NCBI RefSeq assembly: GCF_000011465.1
Contig: NC_005072.1
Span: 1,080,001-1,112,000 of the forward strand
Reading direction: 5' to 3'
Length of the DNA: 32,000 nt
Source of the DNA: Prochlorococcus marinus subsp. pastoris str. CCMP1986
GTDB taxonomy: Bacteria; Cyanobacteriota; Cyanobacteriia; PCC-6307; Cyanobiaceae
The position numbers and the translations under genes are program-made. The notes under the pieces are model-generated. The model did no database searches. It saw nothing but the letters and a program-made list of their open reading frames with translations, and was not told the origin of the DNA. Below, piece after piece: positions 26,871 through 32,000 of this stretch. Numbering within the stretch: the stretch's first letter is position 1; each line of letters starts with the position of its first letter.

Positions 26871-27428
26871 TTATTTTAAACCCTCCAAATTTACATTTAG
26901 AAATTTGGCTAATCTTGCTCCTTCCTCTTCAACTTGAAGCAACGGTTTAAGTTCTCCTGCTCCACTCAAAGGAAGTGGTTTTTTTCTGCCTTTAAGAACC
27001 AATGCAATTCTTCTTCTTGGATTAAATCCTTCACTTATATCAAGTTTTACTGACTTAATTTCATCAAAACTTAATTTAACTTCAATATCCTTAAATAATC
27101 CTTTTCTTTTAATTTCAACAGATTGAGAATCTTTATCAAAAAAGTTATAACCTGAACCGAAATTTATAAAAACCAAATACCATAAATAAATATTAAGCAA
27201 ATTCGCTATTACTCCATATGCACCCATTATTATTCCTTGAGGGATAAAAAGTAAGGTTGAAGGATTACCTAAAGGGAGCAAATCTCTACCTGTATAGCTT
27301 GAGATCGCAGCTAAGATAAAACCTATACCGCCAATAGATAACATTCCTCCAATAAGGTAGTTAGAAATTTTTCTTGAACCATTGATTTTTTGTTCAATTT
27401 TGTTAAAGGAAGAGAGATTTGATTGCAT
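26871..27428 (-). CDS. ycf4: photosystem I assembly protein Ycf4
   Basis: 185 aa with two N-terminal TM helices (GSRKISNY..GG...IGGIGF and FIPQGI.M..YG) and a Ycf4-typical C-terminal soluble domain. Confidence 0.93.
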   Translation of the reverse strand: MQSNLSSFNKIEQKINGSRKISNYLIGGMLSIGGIGFILAAISSYTGRDLLPLGNPSTLLFIPQGIIMGAYGVIANLLNIYLWYLVFINFGSGYNFFDKDSQSVEIKRKGLFKDIEVKLSFDEIKSVKLDISEGFNPRRRIALVLKGRKKPLPLSGAGELKPLLQVEEEGARLAKFLNVNLEGLK

Positions 27429-27518
27429 AATATTTTTATTCTAGATGTCTATTCCTACTAATTTAAGAATTAATATAGAGTATTATTACCTAATTTTTAG
27501 CATTAAAGTTAGGAAAGC

Positions 27519-27536
27519 TTTACAAGGCATTTCATA
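27519..27536 (+). promoter_or_regulatory. weak HLR1-like element upstream of psbD
   Basis: TTTACAAG-GC-ATTTCATA matches 13 of 16 HLR1 consensus positions. It overlaps a TATATA box at 27535-27540, about 75 nt before the psbD ATG. Confidence 0.25.
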
Positions 27537-27612
27537 TATACAGATATTTCCCCACTTTACTCTCAATCTTTGTTACAGTCTCATCGTATCCCGAAGCTAA
27601 AAACGATTTCTC

Positions 27613-28689
27613 ATGACGATCGCCGTTGGAAGCGCCCCACAGAGAGGATGGTTTGATGTCCTTGATGATTGGTTAAAGCGCGACAGGTTTGTATTTATTG
27701 GTTGGTCCGGTTTACTACTTCTACCTTGTGCATATCTTGCAATTGGTGGATGGTTTGTCGGAACAACATTTGTTACCTCTTGGTACACACATGGTATTGC
27801 ATCTTCATATCTTGAAGGAGCAAACTTTTTGACAGCAGCTGTAAGTACCCCTGGAGATGCCATGGGTCACAGTCTTCTATTTTTATGGGGTCCAGAAGCC
27901 CAAGGTAGTTTCGTAAGATGGCTACAACTTGGTGGTCTTTGGAACTTTGTTGCATTACATGGAGTATTTGGCCTTATCGGTTTCATGCTTCGTCAATTTG
28001 AAATTGCTGGTCTTGTAGGTATCAGACCTTACAATGCACTTGCTTTTTCAGCAGTAATTGCAGTTTTCACAAGTATCTTCCTTATCTACCCACTAGGACA
28101 GCATAGTTGGTTCTTTGCACCATCATTTGGTGTTGCTGCAATTTTCCGTTATATCTTGTTTATTCAAGGTTTTCACAATATTACCCTTAATCCTTTTCAC
28201 ATGATGGGTGTTGCTGGAATTCTTGGTGGTGCACTTCTTTGCGCTATCCACGGAGCTACAGTTCAAAACACATTATATGAAGATACAAGTGTTTACACAG
28301 ACGGTAAAGTTCAAAGTTCAACCTTTAGAGCTTTCGATCCAACTCAAGAAGAAGAAACTTATTCAATGATTACAGCGAATAGATTCTGGAGCCAAATTTT
28401 TGGTATTGCTTTCTCTAATAAGAGATTCCTTCACTTCTTGATGTTATTTGTACCTGTTATGGGTATGTGGACATCTTCAATTGGTATTGTTGGTTTAGCA
28501 CTTAACTTAAGAGCTTACGATTTCGTTAGCCAAGAGATAAGAGCTGCAGAAGATCCAGAATTTGAAACATTCTACACAAAGAATATACTTCTGAACGAAG
28601 GTATGCGAGCATGGATGTCTTCTGTGGATCAACCACACGAAAACTTTGTATTCCCTGAGGAGGTTCTTCCGCGTGGAAACGCCCTTTAA
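27613..28689 (+). CDS. psbD: photosystem II D2 protein
   Basis: Near-invariant D2 sequence (MTIAVG...[23 protein letters not shown]...[12 protein letters not shown]). 358 aa. Confidence 0.98.
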   Translation: MTIAVGSAPQRGWFDVLDDWLKRDRFVFIGWSGLLLLPCAYLAIGGWFVGTTFVTSWYTHGIASSYLEGANFLTAAVSTPGDAMGHSLLFLWGPEAQGSFVRWLQLGGLWNFVALHGVFGLIGFMLRQFEIAGLVGIRPYNALAFSAVIAVFTSIFLIYPLGQHSWFFAPSFGVAAIFRYILFIQGFHNITLNPFHMMGVAGILGGALLCAIHGATVQNTLYEDTSVYTDGKVQSSTFRAFDPTQEEETYSMITANRFWSQIFGIAFSNKRFLHFLMLFVPVMGMWTSSIGIVGLALNLRAYDFVSQEIRAAEDPEFETFYTKNILLNEGMRAWMSSVDQPHENFVFPEEVLPRGNAL

Positions 28690-30055
28690 TAATTTACTAA
28701 GAGCTCCTAACCAGAGTATTGAAGAAACTGGTTACGCTTGGTACGTAGGTAACGCCAGATTAATTAATTTATCTGGACGTTTACTTGGAGCACACATTGC
28801 ACACTCTGGCCTAATAGTATTTTGGGCTGGAGCAATGATGTTATTCGAAGTAAGCCATTTCACATTTGATAAACCAATGTGGGAACAAGGCTTAATTTGT
28901 ATGCCTCACGTTGCAATGTTTGGGTTTGGAATTGGCCCTGGTGGTGAAGTTACTTCTGTATATCCCTTCTTCGTTGCAGGTGTTATACATCTAATTTCCT
29001 CAGCAGTTTTAGGTTTTGGAGGAATTTATCACTCTTTAGCTGGTCCAGAAAAGCTCGAGCAAGATTTTCCTTTCTTTTCAACTGACTGGAGAGATAAAAA
29101 CCAAATGACTAATATATTGGGTTATCACCTAGTAGTTTTAGGAGTTGGTGCTTTATTTTTCGTCGCAGATTGGATGTTTATCGGTGGTGCTTATGACACA
29201 TGGGCTCCCGGTGGAGGAGAAGTTAGATTGGTTAGTCCAACTTTAGATCCAAGAGTAATACTTGGTTATCTATTTAGGTCTCCATGGGGAGGTGCTGGTT
29301 CAATTATCGGTGTTAACTCAATTGAAGACATTGTTGGAGGCCATGTATACGTTGGTATAACCGCAATTATTGGTGGTTTATTCCATATCTTCACAAAACC
29401 CTTTGGATGGGCTAGAAGAGCATTCATTTGGAATGGAGAAGGACTTCTTAGTTATGCACTTGGTGGAATCTGTGTTGCAAGTTTTATTGCATCAACTTTC
29501 ATCTGGTTTAACAATACTGCTTACCCTTCAGAATTCTATGGCCCAACAAACGCTGAAGCTTCACAGGCCCAAAGCTTTACTTTCCTTGTGAGAGATCAAA
29601 GAATTGGAGCTAATGTAGGTTCAACAATGGGACCAACAGGATTAGGTAAGTATCTCATGAGATCTCCTACAGGTGAAATTATATTTGGTGGTGAAACAAT
29701 GAGATTTTGGGATTTCAGAGGACCATGGTTAGAACCTTTAAGAGGACCTAACGGATTGAGCCTTGAGAAAATTCAAAATGATATTCAGCCTTGGCAAGTT
29801 AGAAGAGCAGCTGAATATATGACTCATGCACCTAATGCTTCTATCAACTCCGTTGGTGGTATCATTACTGAGCCTAATGCTGTTAACTTTGTTAACTTAA
29901 GACAATGGTTAGCTGCAGCTCAATTCTTCCTAGGATGGTTTACATTCATCGGTCACCTTTGGCATGCAGGTCGTGCTAGAGCAGCCGCTGCCGGTTTCGA
30001 AAAAGGAATTGACAGAAAGAGTGAGCCAGCTCTAGAAATGCCAGATATTGATTAA
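28673..30055 (+). CDS. psbC: photosystem II CP43 chlorophyll apoprotein (GTG start inside psbD)
   Basis: From the GTG at 28673 the product begins VETPFNN...[38 protein letters not shown], the canonical CP43 N-terminus. This gives a 17-nt overlap with psbD. The ORF-track start (TTG 28646) adds 9 non-conserved residues. Confidence 0.97.
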   Translation: METPFNNLLRAPNQSIEETGYAWYVGNARLINLSGRLLGAHIAHSGLIVFWAGAMMLFEVSHFTFDKPMWEQGLICMPHVAMFGFGIGPGGEVTSVYPFFVAGVIHLISSAVLGFGGIYHSLAGPEKLEQDFPFFSTDWRDKNQMTNILGYHLVVLGVGALFFVADWMFIGGAYDTWAPGGGEVRLVSPTLDPRVILGYLFRSPWGGAGSIIGVNSIEDIVGGHVYVGITAIIGGLFHIFTKPFGWARRAFIWNGEGLLSYALGGICVASFIASTFIWFNNTAYPSEFYGPTNAEASQAQSFTFLVRDQRIGANVGSTMGPTGLGKYLMRSPTGEIIFGGETMRFWDFRGPWLEPLRGPNGLSLEKIQNDIQPWQVRRAAEYMTHAPNASINSVGGIITEPNAVNFVNLRQWLAAAQFFLGWFTFIGHLWHAGRARAAAAGFEKGIDRKSEPALEMPDID

Positions 30056-30070
30056 CTCTAATCAATTTTC

Positions 30071-30099
30071 AAAAGACCCTTTTTAAGGGTCTTTTTTTT
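30071..30099. terminator. rho-independent terminator shared by convergent psbC and maf
   Basis: AAAAGACCCTT (30071-30081) pairs with AAGGGTCTTTT (30085-30095) and is followed by a T-run to 30099. An A-run on the other side makes it usable on both strands. Confidence 0.8.
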
Positions 30100-30724
30100 A
30101 TGGGAAAATTCCTTCCTTAATAAGACTCTTTCTAAGCCATGGCAAACTTAAACCCATTACATTACTAAAACAACCATCTATCCTTTCGATATATTTACCT
30201 CCCTTGCCCTCTAAAGCAAATCCTCCAGCACAATATAAAGGTTCAAGAGAGTCAACATAATTTTTTATCTCTTCATCTTGCAATTTAGAAAAATATACTT
30301 TAGAACTTACTGTTTTTTTAATTTTCTTTGTCACTTTTAGTATTTTTGAACTTGAGTCAAAAGTACTAAAAAGTAATGTATGTCCTGTATGGAGAAAACC
30401 AAATTCTCCAGACATTTGTGACCATCTTCTATATGCCTCATCTTTATCTGATGGTTTTCCGAAAGGTCTTCCATTAAATTCGAATATTGAATCACAACCA
30501 AGAATTTCTACAGAACTATAATTAAACTTTTCTGGTAAGTCTATTTCTTGGATATTAAGAGCAATCCTACTAGCTTTTTGAAAAGACAATTCGAGAGTTA
30601 AATTAGATATATCTTTCTCTTTTACTAAAGCTTCATCAAAATTACTTGATATTTGAATAAATTCGATTTGAGAATTTTCTAGTAATTTCTTTCTAGATTG
30701 AGAAGCAGAGGCTAGAATTAACAC
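30098..30724 (-). CDS. maf: Maf-like nucleoside triphosphate pyrophosphatase (GTG start)
   Basis: N-terminal [13 protein letters not shown], central GCDS and C-terminal [10 protein letters not shown]...I.G...NVMGL blocks typical of Maf. Confidence 0.9.
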
Positions 30725-30790
30725 AAATTTTTTATCGAATTATAATTCAATTTACTTATTAATAAATTACAAGATTAATATAAATTACTA

Positions 30791-32000
30791 ATGGAATTAA
30801 TAGAAAAACTACAACCTATTAAAAAGCCCTTAATGGTTTTAGGTACATCTAGCGGGGCAGGTAAATCTTTAACAGTTACGGCCATTGGCAGGATTCTTAA
30901 AAATTCAGGAGAAGAACCAATACCTTTTAAGGGTCAAAATATGAGTAACAATGCATGGGTCGACTGGAATGGCGGAGAGATGGCATTTTCTCAAGCTTTA
31001 CAAGCATTTGCTTGCGGGATAATTCCTTCTTCGGAGATGAATCCTATCCTATTAAAACCACAAGGTAATTCAACTAGTGAAGTCATTCATTTAGGGAAAA
31101 GTAAGGGTATTACAACAGCAAAAGATTACTACAAAGATTGGTTTTTCCCAGGATGGGGAGTAATAAAAAAAAGTTTGAATTCAATATATGAACGATACCC
31201 AAATTGTCGTTTAATTATTGAGGGGGCAGGAAGTCCTGTAGAGATGAATTTAATTCACAGAGACCTTACGAACTTAAGAGTTGCAAAGTATTTAAACGCG
31301 AATTGCATTTTAGTAACTGATATCGAAAGAGGAGGCGTATTTGCTCAAATAATAGGAACTCTTGAGTTAATGAAACCAGATGAGAGAAAGCTTATTAAAG
31401 GCATATTAATAAATAGATTTAGAGGGGACCTTTCATTATTTGAAGAAGGTAAAAAATGGATAGAAAACAAAACAAAAATCCCTGTTTTAGGAATAATTCC
31501 TTGGTTAGATGATAAATTCCCTCCAGAGGATTCTTTAGATTTATTAGAAAAAAAATCATCTTTAACCAACCCTGAATTAAAGGTTGGAATTATAAAATTG
31601 CCATCTATAAGTAACTTTTCAGATTTTGATCCATTAGAAAATGAAGAATCAATATTAATCAAATGGGTAATGGAATCTCAAAATTTAAATCAATATGATT
31701 TTCTTATTATTCCTGGAAGTAAACAGACTATTAAAGATCAAAAATTTCTTAGAGATTCTGGTCTATCAGAAGATATAAAAAATTATTCAACGAATAAAGG
31801 TAATATTTTTGGAATTTGCGGAGGTTTACAAATGTTAGGGACAATTCTTGAAGACCCATTTTTTAAAGAAGGATCAAAAATCAATTGTGAGAAATCAATC
31901 AATGGAATTGGATTACTCCCTTTAAAAACAACTTTCTTTCAAAAAAAGATAACAAGGCAAATAAATTCTGAGTCAATTTGGCCGCAGGTAACAGAAATCA
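30791..32000 (+). CDS. cobQ: cobyric acid synthase (N-terminal about 400 aa; continues past right edge)
   Basis: Own translation from the ATG at 30791: MELIEKLQPIKKPLMVLGTSSGAGKSLTVTAIGRIL...IIEGAGSPVEMNL...INRFRGD. The glutaminase domain follows with IPGSKQTI and the nucleophile block GICGGLQMLG. Absent from the ORF track because it has no stop in the window. Confidence 0.93.
   Translation, partial: MELIEKLQPIKKPLMVLGTSSGAGKSLTVTAIGRILKNSGEEPIPFKGQNMSNNAWVDWNGGEMAFSQALQAFACGIIPSSEMNPILLKPQGNSTSEVIHLGKSKGITTAKDYYKDWFFPGWGVIKKSLNSIYERYPNCRLIIEGAGSPVEMNLIHRDLTNLRVAKYLNANCILVTDIERGGVFAQIIGTLELMKPDERKLIKGILINRFRGDLSLFEEGKKWIENKTKIPVLGIIPWLDDKFPPEDSLDLLEKKSSLTNPELKVGIIKLPSISNFSDFDPLENEESILIKWVMESQNLNQYDFLIIPGSKQTIKDQKFLRDSGLSEDIKNYSTNKGNIFGICGGLQMLGTILEDPFFKEGSKINCEKSINGIGLLPLKTTFFQKKITRQINSESIWPQVTEI

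Noticed and set aside
27597-27955. ORFs 27597..27863 (-) and 27773..27955 (-)
   Set aside because: They are antisense to psbD.
29370-29591. ORF 29370..29591 (+)
   Set aside because: It is an alternative frame within psbC.
31345-31662. ORF 31345..31662 (-)
   Set aside because: It is antisense to cobQ, which has no stop in the window and so is missing from the ORF track.
1-32000. Search by eye for tRNA/rRNA genes, CRISPR repeats, IS/transposase or integrase genes, restriction-modification or other known defence genes
   Set aside because: I saw no T-loop-like GGTTCGAATCC motifs, no regularly spaced repeats, and no ORF with transposase, integrase, nuclease or methylase motifs. An exhaustive repeat search cannot be done by eye, so short dispersed repeats may have been missed.

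Overview
Strongly AT-rich, tightly packed cyanobacterial chromosome segment. Gene content, the 358-aa D2 with an extra loop segment, a TGQIIPGIF-type HLIP and many tiny ORFs point, by inference, to a high-light-clade Prochlorococcus marinus. From about 7.9 kb to 32 kb the window is ordinary core genome: ychF, an orphan HlyD-type membrane fusion protein coupled to polA, cysS, dxr, a thioredoxin-like ferredoxin, an alpha/beta hydrolase, the pntA/pntA-2/pntB transhydrogenase operon, NTRC, an IF-1-family protein, ycf39, petM (too short for the ORF track), a second hydrolase, ilvH, a cyclophilin, ycf4, overlapping psbD-psbC, maf and the start of cobQ. The left 7.9 kb looks accessory: selO and a secreted cupin are surrounded by about 20 ORFs of 37-99 codons, one hli gene with an HLR1-like operator, long non-coding gaps and several strong hairpins. 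I found no tRNA, rRNA, CRISPR array, transposase or recognisable defence system. The best candidates for something undescribed are a compact four-gene minus-strand cassette of tiny membrane and basic proteins (6.1-7.3 kb), the structured non-coding stretches beside it, and a cyclophilin whose lipoprotein-like signal peptide has no canonical start codon. All homology calls come from motif recognition by eye, with no searches run.
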